Shown one piece after another: positions 30,133-41,471 of a stretch of DNA of 64,000 nt. This DNA comes from Prasinococcaceae sp. CCMP 1430. Its lineage: Eukaryota > Plantae > Prasinodermophyta. Every line of letters starts with the position of its first letter. Within the stretch, counting starts at the first letter, position 1. The notes under the pieces are model-generated. The model did not search any database and was not told the DNA's origin. It worked only from the letters and a program-made list of their open reading frames with translations. The stretch covers positions 236,721 to 300,720 of the forward strand of contig RQSC01000011.1 of assembly GCA_013416795.1 (NCBI GenBank). Direction: 5' to 3'. The position numbers and the translations under genes are program-made.

Positions 30133-33100
30133 TCACTGTGCAAAGGTGCAGTACTTGACCTGTCGAGTTGTGTGGAGTGGGTGTGTCGAGGGGTAGGGAG
30201 GAGAAGGGTGTCAGCGCGCGCGCGCGCACTTGCGCGGCCGACCCCAGCGCGGCGCGGGGCGACGCACCTGGGTGTAAGAGCCGTCGTTGGTACCCACCGA
30301 GTGCTGGTTGTAGTGCACCGCCCAGTCGCCGCCGCTCTGCACTGAGCAGCCCGGCAGCACCCAGCTCCAGGAGGCTGGGCCCACCAGCGAGCCGCGCGAT
30401 GCGGTCACCTTGGAGCCGAACATGGCCTTGGCGGCGTCGAAGCAGTCCGCCTGGGTCACTACCATCGCTGAGGTCTTGCCCGAGGGGCAGTAGCAGCCGG
30501 CCTGTCCGGCACACGATGGAGGGGGCGCGCCAACCGTTGAGGACGTGTCGAATGCGCAGTAGCGGTACTCGTTGGCGTAGCCGCCCGGGAAGTTGGCATC
30601 AGTGCAGTCCACGCCCCACTCGTCGTTCTCGCCAATGCCGGCAGGGGCCTGGAAGCTCTTGTACACCCAACCGAATCTGTGATAGCCCGTGTAGTCCATG
30701 GTCCGCGGTCCCCGGCCCATGCGCATGCTCACCTCGCTCACCCGGCCCTTAAATGTGCAGCGCGTCTGCACCGAGGGCATGCCGTACTGGTTGATGCTCG
30801 CGCAGTGCTCCCACTTGGGGCCCTCAGTGTCGATGTACACGCTGGAGTGATCGAGGTTGCCACACTTCTGCCATGAGTCGCCCAAACAGTCCCACGAACA
30901 CGAGTGGTCTGCGCTGAGCCCGTGAACGAACGCCGGGTCCTCCTCATAGCACTCGCACCACTGGCCCTGCAGGACGCCAAAATACTGGAAATTGCCCCTG
31001 GCGCGGCAGTGGCTCAGGCAGAGCTCGGGGTGCAAGTTGCTGTAGTGGGTCACCTCGCGCCCGAGCGCGTAGTGCTGGCCGCCCTCATCATGGTGGCGGC
31101 GTATGCATCCCCGGTATTCGTAGGCCTTGGCGGCGAGCTTGTTGGCGGTGGTGGCCTTGATGCGGCAGCAAAGGAAGTTGTCGATGTTGCTGAGCATCGC
31201 ACCCGAGCCCTTGCGCTCGAGGCCAGCCATGAAGGGATACTCCTTCGGGCACGTCGACCAGCCTTCGGAGTCGAACGCCTGCGAATTGTCGATCCACATG
31301 CACTCCATGGCGGCGGCCACCTTGACGCAGTGCCAGAATTCGAGGCGATGGATTGACTCGCCCTTGTTCGTGTAGATGCCGCGCATGACGTAGCCCTGGT
31401 GGATGTCGCAGTACATCTGCGTGGCCTTGTCGAAGCAATTCTTGTGGTCGTTCTCGTTGGCCCAGCGCCCCTTTCTCGAGCAGTAGTTCCACGTGTTGTG
31501 TCCTAGCACCTTGCCCACATTCGTACACAGGTATTTGTCCAGGTAGCGAATGTTGCGGCCGTTGGTCCTGTAGAAGCCGCTGAGCACCCAGCCGTTCCAC
31601 CCATGCTCGCACATCCAGTCGCCCCTCTGATCGGCAAAGTTGTACGTGTGGTCGACGACCTTGGTCTCAAGGCCGCCCAGGCGCGGCTTCATTCCGGGCC
31701 AAGTGGCGGACTTGTCTCCCGCACAGTAGAAGTAGTCCCAGCAATAGGTGTTGTGACAGGAAGTCTGGTAGATTCCTTGCAGGTACGGCATGTCGTACGG
31801 GCAGCCGTGCCAGCCGCCAGTCACGTCCGAGAAGCGCTCGATCACGGCCGCCTTGCGCGTCCAAGCGAAGTCGCGGTGAGTCACGCGCGCGCACCACACG
31901 GCCTCGATGCAGTATGTGTGCGGGCAGTTGCTGGCGGTGTTTCGCGTCAGGTTCTTGATGGCGTACCCGTCGGGGCAGTGAGTCCAGTAGTGAGTTTGGT
32001 CCAGGGTCCACCACGAATTTGAGATGTAGATCAGGTCCTGCTGCGCGCTGCCGCCCCAGGGGTTGATGGAGCTGCCAAAATTCCAGTGCGCAGCGTTCTC
32101 CTCGCCGTTGGCGTTGGTCTCGGCCATGCGCTGAAAGGAGGGCACATCGACGCACATCACGGACGACAGCTGCGTGATGTATCCGCCTCCTCGCCAGTAG
32201 CCCGACATGACGCTACCCTGCGGACAGTTGATGCCTCCACCAACGCCCCAGTGTGGCCACATCCTCGTCTGGCCGGAGGCCATGTTGCCCCATACCTCGG
32301 TGATCGGCTGCTCGCCCCACACGCTCGCCACCGATGAGACGGTCACCTCCTTGCCGCGGCTCATCACCTTGGGGCCGTACTTCATGATGCGCGAGCTGAA
32401 GACCGACGCGCAAACGATGAGCGCTCCCACAGAGATCTCTGCGTCGACGAAGACCGTGTACGTGTTGACGGGCTCGCAAGTGTACCGAATGCATGGCCAC
32501 ACGTCGATCGCGTCCTCTCCCCACTGGCGACACGTCTCCGCACACTTGGCCTTCTCGCATTCGCGCTCCATCATCATGTCGAATTGGATGGCGGCGATCA
32601 GGTCCACCTGAGGGCCGGCGTTACAGGTGCCCAACGTGACGGTGAGCTCACCCTTGATATAGGACTGCCAGCAATTGCGCCCGCCGTTGTACGGGTACGT
32701 TTTCAATACGAAGCCGTAGTAGATGCAAAACTGGAGGAAGGTGTAGCTCACGAAATCGGAGAATTTGCCACAAATCTTCTTGGAGCAGCCCACGGAGAAG
32801 GAAACGCAGCCGCTCACCTCAAGGCCGCTCCCGTTCGGGTTGTAGTCGATGCTCAGCGAGCCTTCGATCGTCACGCCGTAGACGTCCACCTCCGCGCTCA
32901 CGCCGAGAGCGCAGAATTTGGGATCTGAGTACGCCAACCCGAATATGCCGAGGTTGATGCCGATGAGCGTCGTGTCGGAGCAGTAGCTGAAGGACTGGCC
33001 ATATGAGATACCGATCATGAACGGAATGCCGTCGTCGTCGTCGGCCCTGCTGCTCGACTTCTTCTGCGCGAGCAGACTGCGCTCGCGAGCAGACGTTGCG

Positions 33101-36075
33101 GATGCCGCCAGCGAGCGACGAGCGTCTGAAGATTCGAGTCCATCGCCTTCGCCACTGTTGCCCAGCAACACCACCCTGCCCGCGCCTCCGGCGTAATATT
33201 CAGCCATGGAGCGGTCGAAGGCGTCCAACGCGGACACCTGCTCGGCCTCGTCACGGAGCTCGATGGCTGCCAGGCCGCGCGCGATTGTAGCCTCGGCTGC
33301 GGCGTCCAGCTTTCGCATGGCATCGTCCAGCGCCTCCTTGCCGAAGGCGTCGACGGCAAACTCGTGCGCGCCCTCGGGCATTGCAGCGCCGGCAAGATGG
33401 CGCAATGGCGGCCCGCCCTTGGGCACGAGCGGCACGAGGCCACCCGAATGGAGGCGCCGTCGCATCGCGTCCGAGGCGCCACTCGTGCCAACCCCACCGT
33501 CGCTCTGGCCGTCGTCCGCGTCAGCACCTGCGTCGCCGCCGTCCTCGCCCTGCTCGACCTCTTCGGCATCCGGGTCGTAGCCCGCCCAGTCAATTACCAT
33601 GCGATCCAGGACATCTGCACCGTAGACCCTCTTGACCCACGTGCGGAAGCCCGCCTCGCTGAGGAAGGAGCCCTTAAACTCGTTCATGAGCGCGCCGTGA
33701 GAGACGTAGATGTCGCTCGCAAACGGCGAGAGGTTGTGGATCTCGAACACGTTGCGGTGCAGCACGGCCTCCTTGCTGACAGCGGGGTCGGTGCAGTCGT
33801 CGGGCCACTCACTGAAGAGCCCGGTTGCGCGCACCGCCACAGGGTCGTACTCGTGGTGCGCCTCGAAGAGGTCGTACACGGCGAAGAAGTCCTGATCCTG
33901 ATAGCGCACCGTCGCCTTCACGGGCACGCGTGGGGAGGCCGGGTCGGCCGGATCGAGCGCCCGGTCGAACAGGCGCACATCTGCGCCCACGTCATCGAGC
34001 GTGTCGCCGCGCATGAGGAACTCGCGCGCGGCGACGCCGCCCGCTGCCTCGGCGAGGAAGACGTCGCCATTGTACACGCCGGTCACGTTGAAAGCGGTTG
34101 AGGCGTTGAGGCCCATGTCTGCGAACGTGCCGTTGCCGCACGACAAAGCACCGCCCGCAAGGCCGCGCGGCATGCGGATGCCACGGTAGTTGTCCATGAC
34201 GTTGTCCTGCTCCCGGGCCTTCTCTAGGCTGTTGGGGTCGTCATCCCTGAGCAGCTCCAGCTGCCTCTCGAACGGCGTTGGGTCGTCGCCTGGTGGCACG
34301 CCCGTGGTGGCGTTCGGGTCGATGCCCTGGGCTTCGTAGGCGTACGGATCGGCCGAGGGAATCGCAGTGAGCTCGTAGAGGTCAAAGAGGTTGATGAAGG
34401 TCGCATTTCCCATGGTATCAGTGCCGTTGCTCACGCGGCCATCTGATCTGAGCGAGATCTCGACCTCGGAGGCGTCCAGCCCCAGCTCCAGGCCAATGGC
34501 GCGCGCGCCGTCGATGGCGGCGCCGGTGCGATTGCGCTCCACATCGGCCGCCATGCGCACGCCGGACGCCTCGAGCCGTTCCATGAAGTAGTCCTCAGGC
34601 GTGTCGTCGATCTGGAAGAAGCGCTTGCGCTCGGACACATGAGCGGAGGGATCGGTATCGTTGACGATGTAGACCACGCGCATGTGGGGCGCGCGCACGG
34701 GGTAGCGGTACTCCTCGCGGCTCAGTGGACCATCCATCCACATCTCGCCTTCAACCCAGGTGTAGGTGTGGCCAGCCTGCACCATCTTGTAGCCGTCGTA
34801 CTCCGCGCCACACACGCTGAGCTTGCCTGCGTCGGGCTCGTCGCCGTTCTCGTCGGTCTCGATGCACTCGGCGTCACCTGGAGAGCGCGGCGGTGGAGGG
34901 TTTGCGGGGTCATAGCAGCGGTAGTAGAGGCGAAAGACGGTGTGGAACTGATCTGGGAAGCCCGGCTGCTCCTCTCCGGCCTCGAGTCCCTCCCAGTTGT
35001 CGATCGCATTGAAAAATCCCACCATTTCGTACATGCCAGTGAGGCGACGGCGGCTGAAGTCGACGGTGAACCCCGCGCGCTCGAAGATCTCCATGGAATC
35101 CGCCGACTTGAAGCTCAGTACCTCGTCCTCGATCTCTACCTGGCCCGCGGCTGTGAGCAGCACCACAGTCGAGTCGGTTCCCTTGCAGCCGCGCGGAAGG
35201 CGCGTCCACCCCTGCACCATGAGCACCAGGCGCGCCCCGGTGCCGCTGCGCACGTCCAGCTCCTTGAGTTCCTCGAAGGCGCTGTCGGGCAGGCGGCTGG
35301 TCAGGCGCGACGCGCGCAGCGGCGCGGCTGCCGTCGCTAGCACGCTGCCATCCGCCGCGGAGGTCATCACCGCCGTGTCGCCACCGCCTAAGACCAGAGT
35401 CCCGCCGTCGGCGTCGAGCAACCCGCGCTGGCGGCGCGCAGAGGCGGAGGACGGCTGGAGCTCATACTCTTGGGCGGCCGTCTTGACCGTCTGGGTGCTG
35501 TCTGCGGCGCTGACCATGGCGCCGTCCTCTGCGACCTTGCTCTCCTTGCTCAGTTCAACGACGGCGAAGGTGAGCCCCGCGATGGCCCCCAGCGTGAGGC
35601 CCATGAGCAAGAGGAGGACGCCAGCAAGCCGAACGAGCTTCTTTGCCTTGTTCTTCTCGCTCTCGTAAAGCTCCGCAGCACGCACCATCTCCAGCGAGCC
35701 GATGGTGCCGTCGCCGTCGCTGTCGAAGACGGCGAGCTTCTCCTGCACGGCGCGCGGGAATATGTCGATAGGCACTTTGTCATCTGACTTCATCTGCTCG
35801 TAGAGAGTAATGGCCTGCCAGAGCTCCTCGGACTCGACGACGCCGTCGCCGCTCTTGTCGAGATGCGCGAGGTCCGTTCGAATCTTCTCCGGCAGGTGTG
35901 AAAGCACCAGGTGGTCCTGCCTGCCTTTTCGCATGTCCTCGAACATCGCCGCCGCCTCCTCGAGCTCGCTCGCTTCCACCACGCCATCGGCGTCCAGGTC
36001 GAAGCGCGACAGCAGCTTGCGCTGGTCCGCCCTCAGGGAGTCCAAGCGGATGCCCTCCTTCCGACCCTTACCCAT
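30133..36075 (-). CDS. Giant type II membrane protein: 3 EF-hands, TM, Cys-rich repeats, WSC and other lectin-like modules
   Basis: EF loops DLDADGVVEASE, DKSGDGVVESEE and DSDGDGTIGSLE; TM LAGVLLLLMGLTLGAIAGLTFAVV; six Cys repeats; WSC YRGC..LC..C..YFGV..G.WC.C. Exon 36075-30268, intron 30267-30160, last exon 30159-30133. Confidence 0.85.
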
Positions 36076-36878
36076 GGCGAACTACTTCGGTCGTCGCCGG
36101 GGTGCGCGCGCTCCGTGTACCGGGGGTGGCACATGCGGTGGCAATCGCGGGAAGGAGGCGATAAGCAAGGGGAGGAATTGTGGTGGGGGGGGGGTGGGGG
36201 GGTGGGGGAGGGAGGGAGCAGAGCATTGTCTGCCACCGTCAGCACATTGGTGCTGCGCGGCGTGCGCCCATGCGCGTTCGCGCTGGATCGAGACGCGAGG
36301 CGATGCGAGCTTTGCCCTTGAGCGCTCGCTCCCTCGGCGCGTTCATCTCACCGTGTGCTGCGGCGGCGACACGCGCTGGCGGCGGGCACAGCCCGCTGCC
36401 GGAACGGTCCCGCGGGGGATTCCCCGGGGCCGCGCACGGGCGCTGCGCACGCGCTGTGGCGCACAGCCGGCCCGCCGCCCATCGCCCCCTCCCCCCTGCT
36501 CGCCGCGCGCCATTACGGTTGCGATGGCCCCGGGTGGTTGGGACGACCCGCTGTTTCTGTGGGGAACCGATGTGTAGACCCCATCGGACCGTCGTTTCGG
36601 CATGCGCACTGTGCTCAAAATGATCATTTCGTCGTGAGGGCGCGGTTTCTTTTCCGCTCGTTCCCCCGTTCGCGTTCCCCGGCCGGGGCGCGGCGCGGCG
36701 CAGCACGGTGCGCCGCGGCGCCGTGGCCACTCGCCTCGCTCCCACCCGCCGCGCGTGTGTGTCCGCCAGCGAAGCGCGCGCCCGCGCGCTGTCGCTCGCT
36801 CGCGCGCGCATCGACAGAGCGCGTCGACCGAGCGCGTCGACCGAGCCTCCGCCCCGGAACGAAGGGCGAGGCGGGTAG

Positions 36879-36927
36879 GTACTGTACCATCAGGCACCAT
36901 CGAATGGTACTGTACGATGGTACGTAC
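36879..36927. promoter_or_regulatory. Cluster of six GTAC cores (SBP/CuRE-like) upstream of the giant gene
   Basis: GTAC at 36879, 36884, 36907, 36912, 36920 and 36924. Function is inferred. Confidence 0.45.
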
Positions 36928-37172
36928 GGGTTCAATGAAAAGTGGTTTTAGGGTAAGGTTGTTGTAGGGTATGACATCTTCTGAGGCCATTTGTGCACCC
37001 TCCGCCGCGTCGCCCCAAAGAGGGAGGCTCTTCGAAGTCCCCCCCAAAAAATTCGCAAGCTCGCCGCGCGGCGCCGCGGCGGCGGCGGGGTGCCTCGCGG
37101 GCCCTCGCCTGCGTCGCCCGCGCCCGCGCCCTCGTTCCAAACCGCGCCGACGGGCAAGCCCTCCTCAGCGCT

Positions 37173-37850
37173 CTACGGGCCCTCCCCCGCGCCCTCTGAG
37201 TCCCACGCCGGCCGCGAGCTCACCACGGGCGGCCGCGGCACCACCACGTCTCGTCTCCCCAAAAAACCGTCGTACCCCCCGCGCTCCCGCCAGCCATTTT
37301 TGCGGTACACCCAGTGCGGCTTCGCGGGCATACGCGGCGGTGTGAGACCCTCCGCCACCCAGTAGTCCCACGCACGCTGTGAGCTGACGTGCGCGTCGCC
37401 TGCCAGCGGCATCGTGCCGCTAGCGGTCGCGCGGCACGCCCACGCGCGCGCCTCCTCATACGCGAGGGGTGTGCCCAGCCAATCGTCCCAGCCTTGCCAC
37501 GACGCCGAGTAGTACTCGTCGGGGCACGAAGGGATGTACGGATTCTTCTTGCCGTCGCGCAGCCAGTCCTCCCAGTCGTCGCGCGAGCGGAACGCCAGGT
37601 TGCGGTGCACCCACTCGCGCGCCACCTCGAACGGCAGTGCTCGCGCGAGCACGCAAGGCCGCCTCCGCGCGCGCGGCCGCGCGACCCCCGCCGCGCGCGG
37701 AGGCGGCGAACGCGAGCGGCTGCGCGCTGCTCGCGGCGCGCAAAGCGTGGGGCATGCGCGCCTGCGCGCGCCAGCGCGCGCGTGTGTGCCCCTCCCCTCC
37801 CGCGCCACAGAGGGAGAGCGTGCGTTGCGCACCGGTGCGCGCGCGCGCAT
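37173..37850 (-). CDS. Protein with two 'integrase repeat unit'-like repeats
   Basis: LPFEVAREWV..LAFRSRDDWEDWL..KNPYIPSCPDEYY...WQGWDDWLG, then YEEARAWA..SQRAWDYW..PPRMPAKPHWVY..GW..GYDGFLG. Start uncertain. Confidence 0.6.
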   Translation of the reverse strand: MRARAPVRNARSPSVAREGRGTHARAGARRRACPTLCAPRAARSRSRSPPPRAAGVARPRARRRPCVLARALPFEVAREWVHRNLAFRSRDDWEDWLRDGKKNPYIPSCPDEYYSASWQGWDDWLGTPLAYEEARAWACRATASGTMPLAGDAHVSSQRAWDYWVAEGLTPPRMPAKPHWVYRKNGWRERGGYDGFLGRRDVVVPRPPVVSSRPAWDSEGAGEGP

Positions 37851-38180
37851 GCGTGCGCGTGCCAGCCACGCGCGAGCGTGTGCTGTCTTGCGTACCATGA
37901 GATGGTATGCGCATGTGGCATATGCATGCGCATTCGCGCATGCGCGCTATACAACTGGTATCCTGACTCAGCGTCACAAAGTTCCCGGTTTGGTTGCCGG
38001 TCGTCGATTCATTCTTTTGCCGCAATTGGCGCCGCGCCTCGAATGCGCGCAGGTGGGTCTAAATACGCAGTGCCGAGGCGGCTCGGGCGCGCGCTCAGCT
38101 CCCTGGAGCCCGTATTTGACGTTCCTCGGTACGTGTGCGTGTGCAGGATGCTGTGCACATCTCTCGGGCGCGCAGTCTAA

Positions 38181-39173
38181 CTACGGAGCCGCCGCCACGC
38201 ACGGGTTGGGCCCGAACGCCTCAAAGCGCATGTCGAGTTTGATCTGGGCATCCTGGACGATGCTGTCAACCACCCCGATTGCGATGGCGGGCATGTCGAT
38301 CGCGACGCTGTCGAAGATGGCCTCCAGCGGGATGGAGATCTCCTCGTCGCTGATGTATCGCAGCTGTCGCTTGCCCGCGCCGCCGATGAAGGGCATCGCC
38401 AAGAGCTCGGGCTTGCCCTCCTCGTGAGAGCCACCCATGGCGATCGGAAGAGGCGTGGTGCTGTCGAAGACCAACCCGAGTGTGGTGTTGTCGTTGCTCA
38501 CGTTGATGGCACCACCCTTGGCCCACAAGCGGAGCTGTTGCTCCACCGGGTTGAGCCCAGCCAGCGTTGCCGCGGAGGGACCCTCGAAGCCTCCACCGTG
38601 CGGGGGCAGCGGCTTGCCTAGCGGCGCGAACGCCTCCTCCTGGGCGCGCACGCCAAACACGGCGTCGGCGACCGCCAGCCGCGCGGCGCGCACTGGCCGG
38701 TCCAGAAAGGCGTCGGTGAAGATCTCTGCGCGCCAGCCACTCGGCGCGCCAGTGTCCTCGAACAACATGCGCAGGTCCGAGTCGAGGTGGTACGCTCCGT
38801 CGAAGCCGCCCATGGTGTCGGTGCAGCGCAAAACGAGGTGGATGCGTCCCTGTTTGGCGAAGTCGAAGGGTTCGACGCCCTCGAGCGTCACTTCGTCGCT
38901 GCCGACGAGCTCCACGCGCGAGCAGCCGACTGGCGCCACGAAGCCGCTCCTGCTTGCGTCGGTTGCGTTGGGGCCGCAGGCGGAATCGGTTTTCAAGTCG
39001 AGCGTGGCGAGGGCCGCATACTTGCCTTCTGCGGCGGCGAGCGCGGCGAGCGCCGCGGGCACCGAGGGGGGTGGCTGCAAGACCAGTGGCGCATCTCCGT
39101 CCGCCTTCGTGCCGGGCGGCAGCAGCGCCGCCATTGCAGCAGACGCCGCCAGCGCCAATAATCTGAGTCTCAT
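38181..39173 (-). CDS. Secreted hypothetical protein (330 aa)
   Basis: MRLRLLALAASAAMAALLP signal peptide and globular composition. No family recognised. Confidence 0.65.
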   Translation of the reverse strand: MRLRLLALAASAAMAALLPPGTKADGDAPLVLQPPPSVPAALAALAAAEGKYAALATLDLKTDSACGPNATDASRSGFVAPVGCSRVELVGSDEVTLEGVEPFDFAKQGRIHLVLRCTDTMGGFDGAYHLDSDLRMLFEDTGAPSGWRAEIFTDAFLDRPVRAARLAVADAVFGVRAQEEAFAPLGKPLPPHGGGFEGPSAATLAGLNPVEQQLRLWAKGGAINVSNDNTTLGLVFDSTTPLPIAMGGSHEEGKPELLAMPFIGGAGKRQLRYISDEEISIPLEAIFDSVAIDMPAIAIGVVDSIVQDAQIKLDMRFEAFGPNPCVAAAP

Positions 39174-39432
39174 GGTGGCCGCCGGCGGCTGGTTAGGCCG
39201 CTGTCTGCGATAGCGGCACAGGCGAAGCGTGAGGGCGCGGCGGACGGGCCGCTCTGGGCTTCGACGGGATGGGCGTATGCTCGCGCCGCGTGCGGACTGC
39301 GCGCCGTGTGGCGCGCGCGGCGGCACGCCGCCCGCATCCGTGGCGCCGCCCGCAATTTCTCGCGCCGATCTGCTCGTTCCCGCCCAAACTTGACGCGCAC
39401 AATTCCCCAAAACTGGCAACAGCTACTGTACC

Positions 39433-39765
39433 TACCATGATGGTACTCGAGCTGATAATCAACTAAGGTGACGGATCACTGCGCGACACTGCGGCAGCGT
39501 TCAGCAACCGACACTTGACACGTTCGGGCGCATGGAATTGCGCGGACGAACAGATCGGCACGACAAAATGACGATCACTGCGTGACGCTTTTGGGGGTCC
39601 CAGATCTGGGACACCACAGATATGCGCTGCCACGCGTCAGGGTTAGCACCACGTGGCGCCCGTTGGCCAGCCCGCGACCCGAAAGGACAGCGCGCGAACG
39701 TGTTCGTCTCGGCGAAGGTCACGCACTGAGAAGGCTCTGTGTGGTGCCTGGTACCATGATGGTAC
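39433..39765. promoter_or_regulatory. Two copies of palindrome TACCATGATGGTA
   Basis: 39433-39445, and GTACCATGATGGTAC at 39751-39765. Variants at 37893 and 8096. Confidence 0.45.
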
Positions 39766-39941
39766 ATCAAAAGGCAAATCAGTAGTGGGGCGACGGGAGC
39801 GAACTCATAACAAATACTTCAAGCACGAGTAGAGTCACTCTCGCTGGCTCCGCACCGCATCCTCCGGAGTGCCGCGCGCAGCTGGCGTCACGCACGGCCG
39901 CCGCCGTGAGATGGTGTCACGATGAGGCCATAAGACGACGG

Positions 39942-41303
39942 TTACTCCGTTCGCAACGCCGCTGGCGCAGCGATGGGCAGTGGACCGAACGCCGCCCCCC
40001 TCGTCCTGCCCCTGCCTACCAGCAACGCCTCGTCTCCTGCGCCATAATAGTCCGCCGGCAGTCCCACCGCATCGACCAGCTCGCCCGAGCGCGAGAGACT
40101 CAACGAGCGCCCCACGGTCGGGACTAGCACAGGCGGCACGTCGTGGCGCGGGGCCTCGCTAGCCGCCTGGACGTCGGAGACGAGCACCCGACCGCCAAGG
40201 CGCAAGAAATCGAGCCGCAGTGCACAGCGTAGCCACCAGCTGAGCGCGCCGAGCCCAGCTCGCGTGCGGTGCTCCTCGTAAGCTTCGTCTCGCCCGGCGC
40301 CCGTGACGCGCAAGGTCGCGGTGCCATCGGCATCCGCGACCGCCCTCTCGAAGAATCCCCAGACCGCAACCGTCTCCCCAGCGAGGAGTACCTCCTCTAC
40401 AAACCACGACGTACCTGCGCGTTGCCAGACGTCGATCGCCCGCTCGCTGTGCTCTTCCTCCCAATGGTCGGCGCGCAGGAGGAACTCCCGGAAGCACAGG
40501 GGCCACCGGCCCGTGTCGCTGTGATCAGGCGAGGCAGCACCTGCCTCGCTGTCGATGCGGTAGGCGTCCTCGCCGCGCTCGAGCAGCTGGCCGAGCGCAA
40601 GCGACACCGGCGCGCCTGAGCCGTCGTCCACCACGCCGTCAACGCCCGCCTCCTCACTCGCGAGGCAGTCGGTCACAGTGCGCTTGCCGCTGCGCCGCGA
40701 GCGAAAGCACGAGGCGCGGTACCACACGCACTTCCGCCCCGTGAGGGCCGACAGCAGGTGCGCTGCGGCCGGCTCCAATTTTCCGACGACGCGCCCCATC
40801 ACTGCCTCAGCGGGGCTCGCTCGCACGACCTCGGCGAGCGCAGCAGCCTTGCTGGCGCGCGTGCCGCGCATCAGCCGCCGCTGCGCTGCGTCTGGCCGGC
40901 AGAAACACCACATCACGCAGGCGCAGATCGTCAACAAGGGCACCGTCCCGAACACTCCGAAAAAGATCAAGCCCAACGTGACGTCCGACATTGTCGTGAC
41001 CGGCGGCGCGGGCGGCCCGGGCGGCGAGGGGGGCGGTACAGGCGGCGAAGGCGGCGCGGGCGGCGGAAGTGGCGGAAGCATCGATGGTGGCCGCGCTTGC
41101 TCGTTCTCAACGCCACCGCCGCCTATGTCTCGCGCCCCACCGACAGCCGCGCCAACACATATGATGGCGACGAGCGCGCCAAAGATGAGGAGCGCTCGCC
41201 ACCGTCGCAGGCAGGCCCGCCACCCCGTGGCCCTGCGCCGACCTTCAAAGTATGGCGACGGAGAGGTCACGGTGGCTCCGATGCTGTCGTTGCTCTCGAA
41301 GCC

Positions 41304-41349
<46 letters not shown>

Positions 41350-41471
41350 TCCTCGTTTGAGGACGACGTGCTGCTGTTTGCAGACGCGCTCTCGGAGTTG
41401 CTCCTCGCAACATAGCTGCTTGGCGCGCCGCCCGCCTCGACGTCTCCATGCGCCACTTCAGGCGCTCGCAT
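39942..41471 (-). CDS. Membrane protein with poly-Ser, Pro-rich linker, two TMs and a GIDE (MUL1-like) domain
   Basis: LLSALTGRKCVWY..VVDDGSG..EEVLLAGETVAVWG resembles GIDE. No RING domain seen. Confidence 0.55.
41305..41346. repeat. (CTG)14 microsatellite encoding poly-Ser on minus strand
   Basis: Counted directly. Confidence 0.95.

Noticed and set aside
36879-37850. Transposon or integrated virus around the integrase-repeat gene
   Set aside because: No catalytic integrase or transposase motif, terminal repeats or target-site duplication was found.
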